From Tetramitus jugosus (Eukaryota > Protista > Heterolobosea): a stretch of 64,000 bases of DNA. A model generated the notes under the pieces. That model was not told the DNA's origin, did not search any database, and saw nothing but the letters and a program-made list of their open reading frames with translations. The DNA lies in the NCBI GenBank assembly GCA_937625935.1, contig OW569347.1:124001-188000 (forward strand), written 5' to 3'. Positions 49,812 through 61,646 of this stretch are shown here, piece after piece. Position 1 is the first letter of the stretch; each line of letters starts with the position of its first letter. The translations under genes were made by a program, and so were the position numbers.

Positions 49812-50107
49812 TTCTTGTGTTACTTATAGTCACGACAGACGCGACAGTCTATGTTTAGAAAAATGTGGGTAGCAGAATTCTAGAGGAACCAATGGCATGG
49901 GGTGGGTCCTTTCAATATGAGGTATTTGCAACAATAATCAAATCGTCGTCTTTGAGTCACTTTGGTCATTGCGTTGTCTTGGCAAGAGAAGAATTTGCCT
50001 GTTGAAGAGACCACAGGCCGGAGCGGGAGAGAAAATTGTAAGGGGATTAAGTTTGGTCAAAGCTAAAAACAAAATCACAAAAACCAATACGAATATCGAC
50101 GTCAAAC

Positions 50108-50461
50108 ATGTTGAACAGAATCCCAAGAGTTTTCGCTGCTGCCAAGAACACCAGAGCTTTCCACACCTGTGCTCCAGTTCGTGCTATCCATGAGTCTCTC
50201 GACACTGCTGAGCGTTCTCGTGAAGAAGAAGCAGCAAGAAAGCACGATTTGGAGTTGATCAGAAAGATGATGAACCAAACTGCTGAACAACAAGCCCAAA
50301 ACACTACCATTCACATCAAGAGATCCTCTGATGAATTGAAGAAAGAGGTCAAGGACGTCCTTGTTGCTCAACAAAAGGAAGATGAGAAGAAGATTCAAGA
50401 ATTGCAATCCAAGATGGAAGAAATGAAGAAGATGTTGGAACAATTGGTTCAAAAGAAGTAA
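50108..50461 (+). CDS. Small mitochondrial coiled-coil protein, ATPase inhibitor IF1-like
   Basis: Arg-rich presequence MLNRIPRVFAAAKNTRAFH; AERSREEEAARKHDLELIRKM resembles the IF1 core; C-terminal coiled coil. Confidence 0.55.
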   Translation: MLNRIPRVFAAAKNTRAFHTCAPVRAIHESLDTAERSREEEAARKHDLELIRKMMNQTAEQQAQNTTIHIKRSSDELKKEVKDVLVAQQKEDEKKIQELQSKMEEMKKMLEQLVQKK

Positions 50462-50582
50462 ATTTTTGTAAATGTATTAAACAACAACAAATGATCGTGG
50501 GTGAAGTTTTTTCTTTAGCTTTACGAATTTGATTGCAAGCACTGATTTTCTGCCTCGCGATGCATGTGATTGTGTTGTCTCA

Positions 50583-51602
50583 TCACGAAGAATTCCTAAA
50601 CAGGACATCTTTGCTCGACGTCCGTACCTTGAGTCTCAAAAAGTACTGCTGCCGTAAGTAATTATCCTTGGGTGATATTCGATAAGCTTCTGTCACATGC
50701 TTGTACGCATGGATGTACCGCTCGAGATAGCAACAACACAAGGACAGATTAAAGTGTGCATTGCAGTAGTTTGAATCAACGTTCAGTGCCATCTGACAAT
50801 CCTTGATTGCATTTGGCATCTGTCGTGCCTCATAGTACATGACACCTCTGTTGTTGTATGGGAAGGGATATGTTGGATCTAGGCGTATTGCTTCTGAATA
50901 ATCTCTCATGATCGAATCTGGTGTCGGCTTCAATGATGCATGGTGTGGCTGTGTTGAAGTTGTCGTTGTGGTCATTGTGGTCAGTGTAGCATCTGGTTCG
51001 AGGAGCGCTGCCGATGTGACTGCTCTATTGAAATAACACATGGCATAGCTTGGTTCAATCAAGATTGCTTCATTGTAGTCCTCGATCGCTTTCCCATGAT
51101 TCTTATAATCCGCATACACGAGCGCACGATTATTGTAAATGAGCGCGGCAAATTTACTCCGACTTAACCCCATATTCGCGAGCTGGTGCAGTAGATGAGT
51201 GAACTGATCGAGCGCTTCAAACGATTCATTCTTTGAAGTTTTGAACTCGTTTGTTCTCAGATAGAGAATTCCAAAATCAAGCAACAGATCCACAATCAAA
51301 TCATTCTTGTGAGGCCTTGCGTCATCATTCTCACCATGATCGCTCTCATCATTCTCATTCATATTTGCTTTTCCAACTGGAGTGCTCTTTGCTTTCCGCA
51401 ATTGCTCTATAATGACACTTCTCTTGTCAAATGGCAAGTGAGCTGTCGGTGAGAGATGAGAGCGATTGACCATGTGCAAATCTGTGTGTGGTTTCAAGAT
51501 GGATAGCAGAGTCGTCCAGAATGCATATGCGGGACTATCGCGGTCAATCAGTAAACTGCTTGGTATTGTTATTGTGGTTGTTGTTGGTGCAGGTGGTTTC
51601 AT
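50583..51602 (-). CDS. TPR repeat protein
   Basis: IYNNRALVY...AIEDYNEAI..EP and YNNRGVMY...AIKDCQMAL repeats; start approximate. Confidence 0.85.
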   Translation of the reverse strand: MKPPAPTTTTITIPSSLLIDRDSPAYAFWTTLLSILKPHTDLHMVNRSHLSPTAHLPFDKRSVIIEQLRKAKSTPVGKANMNENDESDHGENDDARPHKNDLIVDLLLDFGILYLRTNEFKTSKNESFEALDQFTHLLHQLANMGLSRSKFAALIYNNRALVYADYKNHGKAIEDYNEAILIEPSYAMCYFNRAVTSAALLEPDATLTTMTTTTTSTQPHHASLKPTPDSIMRDYSEAIRLDPTYPFPYNNRGVMYYEARQMPNAIKDCQMALNVDSNYCNAHFNLSLCCCYLERYIHAYKHVTEAYRISPKDNYLRQQYFLRLKVRTSSKDVLFRNSS

Positions 51603-51823
51603 TTCGTTTGGGTTCGTTTTTTTTGGTTTTTTGGTTTCCAGCTTCAAATTTCAGCTCAAATTACAGCGAGTGACAGGTTGCATGAAACAGCAGTCAGTTT
51701 GTGGAACAATAGAGATGACGATGGCAGACGTTTTACTTGTTGGAGGAATACATTACCCTACTTGCTTTGATCTGACAGCTTCTTCAACTAGAATAAATAA
51801 GGTTGTACTAGTGAGTGAAAAGC

Positions 51824-53515
51824 CTATTTGTGGTTCCATACGATAAAAGTCATTGCAGCAACAGCTAATAATCCAAAGCCTGTGGTTATTCTCCATGCCT
51901 TTTTCACTTCTTGCTCGAGGTGTGCTTGGTTCTGCTTCGCTGCCACCTGTTCATCGCATAGCAACTTTACGAGTTGAACTGGATCAGTTGTTTCCTTTGC
52001 GATGGTTGGATTGCTCTCTTGAATCACTTGCTTAATCTCCTCTCCGCTAACTTGGTCCTTGGATGGGAAAGCCTCCACTTTTGATGGTGCTGGTAGTTCT
52101 CGCAGAGGTGAGGACGGCACTGTCATACTTGCTCGATTTTTAAACACATCAATCACAGTTCCATCCACACGGATACATTGTCCCAGCACGGATGATACGA
52201 GCGAGAGGTTGTTTTCTCTCTTATCAAACGACCGAAGTGCATTCATCAAGTGATTCAACACACTGTTCATCACAAAGTAGGAGTTTGCATTCGGTAACTG
52301 CACAACAACCTGATTAAACAGTGCATGTACGCTGGTCGTTTGACTTTGTTCCACTTCTTGCTCATCCACTTTATCCATCTGATCTTCAATAAATTCGATA
52401 TGTCCACTCAAGTGCTCCTCTGATCTCAATTGCTCAATCATCTCCAACAGTCCGCACTCCACCATTTCATCAATGAGATAACGCTTCAGATTGATATCAT
52501 CTGGCTTATTAATTAACGTATTCAACAGTGCTAGTATCGATTTTTGAAGTGACTGGTATTCATCTTCATCATCGTCATCGTTAGACTCATCATGACTCGT
52601 CAACAATTGAATCAACACATTGAATCGTAAACCTGTTTTCTGAACATGCGATATCACGTCTAATGCGATCCAAAATCCTCGCTGATCAAACGCCGTATGA
52701 CAAATGATTGTCAATAATTGAATCACTCGACTCATTAGCTCTACATGCATATTCGTATGTGCTCTTTGCAAAATTTGTCTCAACACCAGTGCAGCCAACG
52801 AATCCCAACAAATCACACGCTCCAACGCTTCTTCATACTCGTGAGACAACATGTTCAATACAATCATTGCATCTACATAGAGTTCCATTGTACTTGCATC
52901 ATCATGATGACTCACAACCACAGCCAATAGCAATTGAAGCATAAAAGGTGTTCCACCATGTTTCACAAAATGATAGGAAAACAATTGTCCTACAGTGTCC
53001 TCGTCGTCGTCATCTTCATCATCACTATCCTGTTTGTTGCGCTGTTGTCTCTCTCCTTCGTCCAACTCATCCAAAAACACATTTAAAATTTCTCTCAACA
53101 ATTGCTCATTGGACAATGAAGATTTAAAATCACTGCCGCCACACTTGACATGATACTGAATGCACTGATCCAACGAAGAGAATTGCAACCCTCGAACTTG
53201 TTCAATACCAATACTACCAACACTACTACTACCACCATCCATGAGATTCAATCTTCTTGTTACAGTTGATTGAGATTGTTGTTCACTTTGATCACTATCA
53301 CTGGCCTCATCAAAATCATCTTCTTGATCAAAGTTCAATGACGAACGATAGAATGGATGATCCATTTGAGGTTTCGACTCTAGTAGCTCTTGTTGTTGTT
53401 GTTGTTTCTGTTGTTGTTCTTCTTTTTGGCGACGATAGGCCTGGTAGGAAGATGACTCGTCGTCTGAATCCTCTGAAAAGTCTTCCCTGTTGAGAATGGA
53501 GTGTTGTTGATTCAT
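51824..53515 (-). CDS. GBD/FH3(DID)-like armadillo protein with C-terminal tail anchor and no FH1/FH2
   Basis: ILALLNTLINKPDDINLKRYLIDEMVECGLLEMIEQLR matches the formin FH3 signature; ends ITTGFGLLAVAAMTFIVWNHK. Confidence 0.65.
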   Translation of the reverse strand: MNQQHSILNREDFSEDSDDESSSYQAYRRQKEEQQQKQQQQQELLESKPQMDHPFYRSSLNFDQEDDFDEASDSDQSEQQSQSTVTRRLNLMDGGSSSVGSIGIEQVRGLQFSSLDQCIQYHVKCGGSDFKSSLSNEQLLREILNVFLDELDEGERQQRNKQDSDDEDDDDEDTVGQLFSYHFVKHGGTPFMLQLLLAVVVSHHDDASTMELYVDAMIVLNMLSHEYEEALERVICWDSLAALVLRQILQRAHTNMHVELMSRVIQLLTIICHTAFDQRGFWIALDVISHVQKTGLRFNVLIQLLTSHDESNDDDDEDEYQSLQKSILALLNTLINKPDDINLKRYLIDEMVECGLLEMIEQLRSEEHLSGHIEFIEDQMDKVDEQEVEQSQTTSVHALFNQVVVQLPNANSYFVMNSVLNHLMNALRSFDKRENNLSLVSSVLGQCIRVDGTVIDVFKNRASMTVPSSPLRELPAPSKVEAFPSKDQVSGEEIKQVIQESNPTIAKETTDPVQLVKLLCDEQVAAKQNQAHLEQEVKKAWRITTGFGLLAVAAMTFIVWNHK

Positions 53516-53837
53516 TTTTGCGTTCCTGTCCTGGGAAAGTTGTGTTTTGTACTGAAAGCTATGGAGAATTGCTGTTGTTGTTGGCGAATCGAGAGAAGAT
53601 TGGTGGGAGTAGTTTTTACAAACGTCCAAAAGATTTTATTCGTCTGTTTGACTGCTTGATGAAAGGGTCATCATGATGTAGGCTTTGATGGCATCAAAGC
53701 ACTGAGATCCTGACTCATCAAGAGCGTCACGAACAGTTTAACTATGATACAAAATATAGATATATACAATAGACAAAAGCTTGTTGTGTCCTAAGAATTC
53801 TTAGTGTTTAACTCTTACTACCCTCTGTACTTTAGCT

Positions 53838-54218
53838 CTAGAGCTCACACCTGTTCTGGTATTGACTGTCATCAGCCTTAGAGAAACCTCTCCACTCACT
53901 GTTCATCTCCGAGGTGTACCTGTCAAAAACGCTGCCCTCCTGCTCTCTCATGCGGTCGACAATGAATGAAGACTCGCGTTCAATTGATGGAAACTCGTCC
54001 ACAAAGAAGCCATCTCCTCGTTCTTTGATAAACTTGCCTCTCGATCCACTCTTAGAATCTACGGATGACTGTGAGAAACTGGCACTATTGTCCACGTTTG
54101 TCCATCGGGGATTGGTGGAGAAACCTCTTGCACTGATAATAGGCAGGGAGTTCACGAGAGAGGCCTTGGCGTTTGATGAAGAAGATTGGAGTACAATGGA
54201 AAGTCTTCGTTGTAACAT
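53838..54218 (-). CDS. Small hypothetical protein with mitochondrial-type presequence
   Basis: MLQRRLSIVL...ISARGFST (Arg/Ser-rich, no acidic residues). Confidence 0.5.
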   Translation of the reverse strand: MLQRRLSIVLQSSSSNAKASLVNSLPIISARGFSTNPRWTNVDNSASFSQSSVDSKSGSRGKFIKERGDGFFVDEFPSIERESSFIVDRMREQEGSVFDRYTSEMNSEWRGFSKADDSQYQNRCEL

Positions 54219-54985
54219 TGTTGATTGATATAGATAGATAGTGATGTATAGAAATTATATGATTGCTGTCAATACTGGGAAGCAATGGGAATATAGAAGC
54301 TGTGAGGGGGAAGAGCAGCCGAAGACGTTTGTAAATATATAGACTATATAATAGATAGATTATACAGATGAAGAGAACAACAAGCTATGAGGTAGTATTG
54401 TAGAGTTATTGTGTTTTGTCTGATGTGAAAGACGAGACGTCTGGATGTTGTTGTCAACTCCATTTTATAGATCAGAGACACCCCCTTCATTATTTTTACA
54501 ACATTTTCAGCAGTTTACAATCATTGAATAGATCAAAAGAATATTTTACAATGAATAAATTGTTCGTTCAGTATAACTTTAGAAAACAGACTTCACTAAA
54601 CATAGGAGAGATCTCATTTCTGTACACAGAACAAATCATAATCTTGACCTGTTCTGGAGTTTCGGCTCCGTTCAGGAAGTCAACTCCTTTTGACACAAAA
54701 ATAAAGTACTGAACGTGCCCGAGATGCCCGGTTTACAGTACAGCTCACAAGGAAGACAAAAGTCTTCACATGCGCAGAAATTCGAATAACATCGCTGACA
54801 GACCAATCCACTCAACCTTCTTACATCTGAAACATTCGACAGCGTTTCCACAATTCAGTCAACTTTCGATTCATGTAAAAACAAAAACAATCACGCGTAG
54901 TCTGATAAATTACAGTTTAATGTAAAAATTAATGAGAGTTCATTGGTCAACCACCCACCAGTGATGATTCCTTTCGTTGACAAAC

Positions 54986-55257
54986 TTAGTCTTGTGTGAC
55001 AATGTACAAGGCATGCTGAAGTGAAGGAAGTAGTGTTATTGAAAACAATTCTCTCTTGTACTACAATCACAAAAAGAAACACAAGAAGAAGGCAACGAAC
55101 TGTCAGTGATACATACAATGATAGCACCAATGTCAAAAGTGAAAATGAGCAGCAGAATGTTGATGAGCAAGTGAATGGAGCATCCTCTGGCCAACAAGAC
55201 GGAAATTGGTGGCAAGAAAATGGCCAAAATGATGAGCAGAATCTTATTGATATCCAT
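54986..55257 (-). CDS. PMP3: Pmp3/RCI2/UPF0057 small membrane proteolipid, 56 aa (intron 55016-55116)
   Basis: ILAIFLPPISVLL..GC...LLINILL; splicing gives the conserved end GAII-HALYIVTQD*. Confidence 0.88.
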
Positions 55258-55455
55258 GTTGTCTGATTAGTCTAGTGTATAGAATGGTGGTTTCTTTTTT
55301 TCGTTGTTGTAGTTGTTGGAATTGTGTTATTGTTATTGGCACACATGAAGGTATTGGGAGACAGCCCTCAAGATTCGAAGACGGATATTTCCGGGTTGCC
55401 CAATCTGGGCTCAAAATCCCGATACTGGAGAACGGGAATACGGGAGGAGGCCAAA

Positions 55456-56442
55456 TTATGATGATAGCTCTCTTCGTTGAATTCGCTCAAGCTGTGCAGG
55501 TAATAGGGGTTGTTTGCCATAGAGCCACATGGACACAGCATATCTCTTGTGGAATGTAGGTCTGACTTCATGTGGCGTGTCTCGACTTGAAAACAAGACA
55601 AGTCTGTCCTTCACTGGTGCTACATCCACATGATGGGAATCTCCAGAGACGGCCGAAGGGAATAACCTCAAGTGACCTCCGAGATTCCCTTCTTCAATCT
55701 CTTGATCTGATACATGATCAGATACATAGTAAACGCATGTGATAATACGATCGAAAACACCCCTTGCATCATCAATATGTCTGTCATAGTGTGCTGAATT
55801 GGATGGATAACAACTCACCATGACCTCCATCTTTTTCATTTCATGCATTTCACTGATTTGAAGCTCTTGTTGCGATTGAATTTGATTCATTGCTTCAAAC
55901 AACTCATGTTGCAATTGTGTCATGATGGCCATGTACTCGTCAAAACAACTACCACTGGCACTACTATTGTTCTTCTCAATCCATTTGACTCGATCAGTTC
56001 GAAATGCCACCTGATTCAACACAAATTTCAATTCATTGTTCGCATCCATCTCTCGCACTCGATTCGTCAGTGCATCCATCAACGGTTTTTGATTCATGCT
56101 CTCCAGGAAGTGATCCCACACGTGATACTGAATCATGTCATCATTGTCGCAACTGTTATTGGATGATATCGTCGTACGAGGAGCTTTGACTCCCTTCAGC
56201 AGATGAGTGGCAATATCCTGAATGGATTCTTGTAATGTTTGGATATGACGTCGACTGTGGTGGTATGTGGGACGATTGAGTTGGTGAGTTATGCGGACGA
56301 CAGATGGAATGGCTCTCCTGTTCCACAAGAAAACATGTTTTGTGAGTAAAAGAAATATTGGAATTTTGTTGTTTTGTTCGTGGAAGAACTTGAGCTTCTT
56401 TTGGTCGCCTGAAGAAATCTGGGTTGGTATTGCTAAAATCAA
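55456..56442 (-). CDS. EGLN/PHD-like 2OG-Fe(II) prolyl hydroxylase
   Basis: CYP...YDRHID, RIITCVYY, GGHLRLF, DRLVLF..DTPHEVRP...RYAVSMW; true start uncertain. Confidence 0.85.
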   Translation of the reverse strand: MILAIPTQISSGDQKKLKFFHEQNNKIPIFLLLTKHVFLWNRRAIPSVVRITHQLNRPTYHHSRRHIQTLQESIQDIATHLLKGVKAPRTTISSNNSCDNDDMIQYHVWDHFLESMNQKPLMDALTNRVREMDANNELKFVLNQVAFRTDRVKWIEKNNSSASGSCFDEYMAIMTQLQHELFEAMNQIQSQQELQISEMHEMKKMEVMVSCYPSNSAHYDRHIDDARGVFDRIITCVYYVSDHVSDQEIEEGNLGGHLRLFPSAVSGDSHHVDVAPVKDRLVLFSSRDTPHEVRPTFHKRYAVSMWLYGKQPLLPAQLERIQRRELSS

Positions 56443-57725
56443 CTGGCAGGAACAGTGTTGCCCAAGGGAGGAAATATGGTGCTCAAAACTTCTTGAATGG
56501 CACCGTACGAGTCATATGCGTGCTCTGATAGTCTGTTCACTGTACCTTCCTTGTCAATGATGAAGATCTTTTCTGGTGCGATACCTATCGATAGATAGGC
56601 TTGATGGTCAGATACTTTGTTTCCGAATCCAGCAACTATGGGGTTAGCTCCATCTGGGAACAAATCTTTAATCATTTTGACGGCACCAATTTTGAAAGAG
56701 TCACTTCGGCCGAACAAGTACTCTCTAATCGCTGAATGAGAGAACGTATTGTATGAGGTAATGATTGGACCTTGTGGCATTTTAGAGAGCTTCTCCTGCT
56801 CAATGTGCTGAATGAATCTTCTCGTCTTATCACCTTGGGTGATAGCTCTGGCTGTCAAATACACAAGCTTGTAACCTTGATCAGTCACTGCAGTCAATAG
56901 GCTGGCTATGCCTGGATGAGTATACCGATAATTCTTGAGTACATTGACACAGAATATTCCCCTGAGATCAGTTTTTGTAATTGTTCCATCGACATCACAC
57001 AACACAAGCTTCTCATAACTATTCCAGAGAAACAGATTGCACGTTGCTACTTCTTCGATGCACTCATAATTCTCGGGACTCCTCTTCACAAAATGAACAG
57101 TATTAAATCCTTTTTGCAACTTCATTCCCTGAATCTCTTCATTCGTTGGTGTTAGTAAACTTGGATGATAGACCATGTCTAGTTTCATCTTGTTCAAGTG
57201 TTCCTCAGCATGCAACAAAACGTTTCGCCTGGAATGAACATTGTCGTTAGCCGCAGCAACTCTTTGCATGACTTCTTCATTTGAAACATTTCCTTGATTT
57301 TCATTCTCCACATGGTTCTTTCCCAACCTCTTTCGGATTTGCCTCTTCACTGACTTCTTTCCTTTGTAGTTCTTAGTCAGTTTATGTCCCTTCAATTCAT
57401 CATCAATATGCAAAAACATTCCTGTTGGAGGTAGTTGTGCACGAGGAAAGTAAGCATTCGACATTCGGTGATCCAGAAACATTCTTGTTTGACTCATTGT
57501 ATAAAATTCTATAGTCTTCTTCTCGTCTTGGTCGCTCAACTCTTTGCGAAGACGATAAAAATCCAAGTTCCTTCTCTCTTCTAAGGTTACTGTGGCGTCG
57601 TTGACCACATGAATTTCGATAGGAATCGGTCCACGATTATTCTCTTCTGAAAACTTGACAAAGAATGGCGAGCTCTTGAACTGACCATTTCCATGGTCTA
57701 TGATTACTATATCACAACAACTCAT
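56439..57725 (-). CDS. Lipin/PAH1-type phosphatidate phosphatase
   Basis: N-LIP CDIVII...FKSSPFFVKF; C-LIP LVLCDVDGTITKTD, YLTAR and AGFGN. Confidence 0.92.
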   Translation of the reverse strand: MSCCDIVIIDHGNGQFKSSPFFVKFSEENNRGPIPIEIHVVNDATVTLEERRNLDFYRLRKELSDQDEKKTIEFYTMSQTRMFLDHRMSNAYFPRAQLPPTGMFLHIDDELKGHKLTKNYKGKKSVKRQIRKRLGKNHVENENQGNVSNEEVMQRVAAANDNVHSRRNVLLHAEEHLNKMKLDMVYHPSLLTPTNEEIQGMKLQKGFNTVHFVKRSPENYECIEEVATCNLFLWNSYEKLVLCDVDGTITKTDLRGIFCVNVLKNYRYTHPGIASLLTAVTDQGYKLVYLTARAITQGDKTRRFIQHIEQEKLSKMPQGPIITSYNTFSHSAIREYLFGRSDSFKIGAVKMIKDLFPDGANPIVAGFGNKVSDHQAYLSIGIAPEKIFIIDKEGTVNRLSEHAYDSYGAIQEVLSTIFPPLGNTVPAS

Positions 57726-57896
57726 GCTTGAAACACTTGATTATGTTTTTTGAATCACCATGTTGTATGCCTTATACTCTGTTGCAAAGGTATACACTCC
57801 TATTATTAACCAGCCAGTCAACTTGAAAATCATTTTTGGATAATTTCGGAGTAAATATTTAATGGCAGGTTGTTTTACAGAAAACTCTAGAGGATT

Positions 57897-59297
57897 TTAC
57901 TTTTGTTCGTTGGCCTTGATGGTTTGGCACAACTTCTTCAAAGCGTCAGTGGTCATGGACTTTGGTCTTTCAATTGGTTGACCCAAAGCTCTGTCCCAAA
58001 CGAGAGAAGACAAGACACCAATAGCACGACTGACACCGAACATGACAGTGTAGTAGTCTTCTTCGACCAATCCGTAGTGTTGCAACAAGCATCCAGAGTG
58101 AGCATCAACGTTTGGATATGGGTTCTTAGTCTTTCCGTGTTGAGTCAAGATATCTGGAATAATTTCGTACAGGTTGCTGACAAGCTTGAACAACTCGTCG
58201 TTTGGCATATACTTTTGAGCAAACTCACGTTGGCAAGTATATCGAGGATCAGTCTTTCTCAACACAGCGTGACCATAGCCAGGAACGACTCTTCCAGCGT
58301 TCAAAGTATCCCAAATGACTTGAGTCAAGTTCTCCTTGTTGGCTTCCTTTCCGTTCAAAGCAGCCTTCACTTCCTTCAACCATCTCAAGACTTCTTGATT
58401 GGCCAAACCGTGCAATGGACCAGCCAAACCGTTCATACCAGCACTCAATGACAAGTATGGATCGGAGAGAGCGGAACCAACCAAGTGAGTAGCGTGAGCA
58501 GAGACGTTACCACCTTCGTGATCAGTGTGAATAGTCAAGTACAGTCTGAACAATTCATATACTTCCTTGTTGCCAGAGAAGCCCATCATGTGAGCAAAGT
58601 TGGCAGCCCAATCCAAATCAGTGTTTGGTGCGATATAGTTGGAATTGTGGTATTGCTTTCTGTAGATCATGGAAGCAACAGCTGGCAATCTAGCGATACA
58701 GTTCAATGTGTCTTCATAGGTAGTCTTCCAGTATTCCTTCTTGTGGACACCGTCTTGATATGCCTTGGCGAACAGAGAATCGCCTTGCAAGGCCAAGATG
58801 GCCATGGAGAATTGAGTCATTGGATGCAAATTGTTTGGCAGAGACTTGACAACAGCTTCGACTCTCGAGTCAACCTTGGCAGCACGCTCGTGCAAATCCT
58901 TTCTCAGTCCTTCGACTTGTTGGCTGGTTGGAACTTCACCAGTCAACAACAACCATAGCATAGCTTCAGGAAGTGGTTCACTGCAGCCTGGTGCAGATGG
59001 AAGCTTTGCTTGGCATTCTGGAATGGTCATTCCTCTGAAGCGGATACCTTCTTCAGCGTCCAAGAGAGATGTTTCAGTGACGAGGCCCTTGATTCCTCTC
59101 ATACCTTGATATGCCATGTTGACAGTACATTGAGTGATGACAGTCTCACCAAACTCCTTCTTGACAGCAGCAACTTCAGCTTGCTTGACTGGGATCTGTT
59201 TCTCGATGACAGATCTCAATTCAGCAGAGTAGAATCTCTTTTGGGAGGAGGATGCAACAGATCTCAAGACGTTTCTTCTCACGGTGTTGGTGAACAT
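57897..59297 (-). CDS. CS: Mitochondrial citrate synthase
   Basis: Presequence; [39 protein letters not shown] and PNVDAHSG. Confidence 0.98.
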   Translation of the reverse strand: MFTNTVRRNVLRSVASSSQKRFYSAELRSVIEKQIPVKQAEVAAVKKEFGETVITQCTVNMAYQGMRGIKGLVTETSLLDAEEGIRFRGMTIPECQAKLPSAPGCSEPLPEAMLWLLLTGEVPTSQQVEGLRKDLHERAAKVDSRVEAVVKSLPNNLHPMTQFSMAILALQGDSLFAKAYQDGVHKKEYWKTTYEDTLNCIARLPAVASMIYRKQYHNSNYIAPNTDLDWAANFAHMMGFSGNKEVYELFRLYLTIHTDHEGGNVSAHATHLVGSALSDPYLSLSAGMNGLAGPLHGLANQEVLRWLKEVKAALNGKEANKENLTQVIWDTLNAGRVVPGYGHAVLRKTDPRYTCQREFAQKYMPNDELFKLVSNLYEIIPDILTQHGKTKNPYPNVDAHSGCLLQHYGLVEEDYYTVMFGVSRAIGVLSSLVWDRALGQPIERPKSMTTDALKKLCQTIKANEQK

Positions 59298-60042
59298 TGT
59301 GTGTTTGTGTGGTGGAGCGTTAAAAAAACTAACTGTTCAGGATAGGTGTGTTTGTTTGTTGTTGTCGAGTTTGTTGGGAGTTGCAAGCTCTGTCCCTGCT
59401 CGGTTTTGATTTGTTTTTTCCCAGAGAGAGACCCAAACCCGCGGTGGGGTTTGCGGTGCAGTGCGGGTGGGATTCCGGATTTAGATCTCTCATAATACTC
59501 CGTGATCAAGTAGCCGATTACAATCAATCGGCTAAACATGAGAGAGCGAAAAAAATCCTCCCTTAGAGGAGTAGGAGTCAAAGTGGAGATTTCACACAGT
59601 CCGTGCTCAGAATCCATGCGCTCCTTTGAACAGATCGTGCGTGAAGCGAGAGATAATATGCGATCTCAAAGTTGTCGCCTGAAGATTCTCCTTGCTGGAG
59701 CACAAGCGTATGTTTGAGCGATCTTATCGTTTTTCATTGCAACATGTTTCGGATAAGCGGAGTAATGTTTATCGGAGATTTTTTATTGTAACTCTTGTGC
59801 ATTGTTCAACACTTTTCGTGAAGAGCGGGCTTGAATGAAAAATGTGAAGTTTTCACACAGACAAAGAACTTTGCTTCTTTTTCTTGCTTTGCATCACTCA
59901 CAGACAACCTCTGTGCATGGTTGAAATTTTTCTGCCCAACAAAAAAGCCGCACACTCAATAAAAAAACATAACATTCAATTCTTTTCAAGTAGTTCTTCT
60001 TCACCAACCACAACCACAAACAACAAAAAACACATTCACACA

Positions 60043-61626
60043 ATGGGAAAAAAGACATCATCAAAGACATCATCCTCCTCTTCATCATCTGTTGCTGACA
60101 AGCAACACAATGGAGATTTCCGCGTTGAAGAAAAGTCTGCCGTCACCGCACTCGACACGAGCAACTGGCCACTCTTGCTCAAGAATTATGACAAATTGCA
60201 CGTGAGAACAGGTCATTACACACCTATTCCAAGCGGACACTCCCCATTGAAGAGACCTATTGCTGAATATATCAAGTATGGTGTCATCAATCTAGATAAG
60301 CCTGCCAACCCAAGTTCTCACGAAGTTGTCGCATGGATTCGTAAGATTTTAAAGGTTGAAAAGACTGGTCACAGTGGTACATTGGATCCAAAGGTCACTG
60401 GTTGCCTCATTGTTTGCATTGACCGTGCCACTAGACTTGTCAAGTCACAACAAGCTGCCGGTAAGGAGTACGTTGCCATCTTGAAATTGCACTCCCCATT
60501 CAGTGACACACAAAAGGTGGAAGAAGCCATTCAGACATTGACTGGTGCACTCTTCCAGAGACCTCCATTGATCTCTGCTGTCAAGAGACAATTGAGAGTG
60601 AGAAGCATCTACAAGAGCAAGCTCTTTGAGTTTGACCCTGAGAAGGGAATGGCTGTTTTCTGGGTCAGTTGTCAAGCAGGTACCTACATTCGTACATTGT
60701 GCGAGCACTTGGGTCTCTTGTTGGGCACTGGTGGAAAAATGCAAGAATTGAGAAGAGTGAGATCAGGTGCCATGACCGAAGGCAAGTACATGTACACAAT
60801 GCACGATGTTCTCGATGCTCAATACGTGTTGGACAAGGAAGGTGACGAGACATATATTCGCCGCGTTGTCAAGCCACTCGAAATTTTGTTGACCGGATTC
60901 AAGCGTATCGTTGTCAAGGACACTGCAATCACTGCTGTGACCTATGGCGCTCAATTGATGGTTTCTGGTGTGTTGAGATTCGAGAATGGTATCGAAGTTG
61001 GTGAGGAAGTTGTTCTCATTACCACCAAGGGTGAGGCCATTGGTGTCGCATATGCCGCCATGACCAGCATTCAAATCTTGACCGCTTCTCACGGTGTTGT
61101 CTGTAAGACCAAGAGAGTCATCATGGACAGAACCACCTATCCAAAGAAGTGGGGCTGTGGACCAGTTTCCAAGCTCAAGAAGGAATTGAAGGCTCAAGAC
61201 AAGTTGGACAAGTTTGGTCTACCAAATGAGAAGACACCTGAGATTTGGCTCAAGAACTACACTGATTGCTCTGCCAACAAGTGGTACTATAACCAAAAGT
61301 CTGAGATTGAGAAGGAGTTGGGCAAGAAGTTGGAGCCTGCTGCTGTCAAGGAGAACATGTTGAAGTTTAACAAGAAGCCTGAGGAGACGACAGTTCCTGA
61401 GGTTAAGAAGGAAGAACCTGAAATCAAGAAGGAAGTCAAGAAGGAGGAAGAAGTCGTACCTAAGAAGGACAAGAAGGAGAAGAAGGAAAAGAAGGACAAG
61501 AAGAGAAAGCGTGAAGACTCTGATTCCGAAGACCAAAAGGACAAGAAAGAAAAGAAGGATAAGAAGAAGAAGGACAAGAAGGAAAAGAAGGAGAAGAAGG
61601 ACAAGAAAAAGGCCAAGAAGGAGTAA
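60043..61626 (+). CDS. CBF5: H/ACA pseudouridine synthase dyskerin/Cbf5
   Basis: [31 protein letters not shown] domain and KKE/KKD tail. Confidence 0.98.
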   Translation: MGKKTSSKTSSSSSSSVADKQHNGDFRVEEKSAVTALDTSNWPLLLKNYDKLHVRTGHYTPIPSGHSPLKRPIAEYIKYGVINLDKPANPSSHEVVAWIRKILKVEKTGHSGTLDPKVTGCLIVCIDRATRLVKSQQAAGKEYVAILKLHSPFSDTQKVEEAIQTLTGALFQRPPLISAVKRQLRVRSIYKSKLFEFDPEKGMAVFWVSCQAGTYIRTLCEHLGLLLGTGGKMQELRRVRSGAMTEGKYMYTMHDVLDAQYVLDKEGDETYIRRVVKPLEILLTGFKRIVVKDTAITAVTYGAQLMVSGVLRFENGIEVGEEVVLITTKGEAIGVAYAAMTSIQILTASHGVVCKTKRVIMDRTTYPKKWGCGPVSKLKKELKAQDKLDKFGLPNEKTPEIWLKNYTDCSANKWYYNQKSEIEKELGKKLEPAAVKENMLKFNKKPEETTVPEVKKEEPEIKKEVKKEEEVVPKKDKKEKKEKKDKKRKREDSDSEDQKDKKEKKDKKKKDKKEKKEKKDKKKAKKE

Positions 61627-61646
61627 ATAATACATCTAGTTCGTTC

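Noticed and set aside
54416-54900. Possible snRNA (Sm-like ATTTTTG plus small hairpins on the minus strand) or small spliced ORF
   Set aside because: No U1/U2/U4/U5 signature and no recognisable protein; cannot be supported without an Rfam search.
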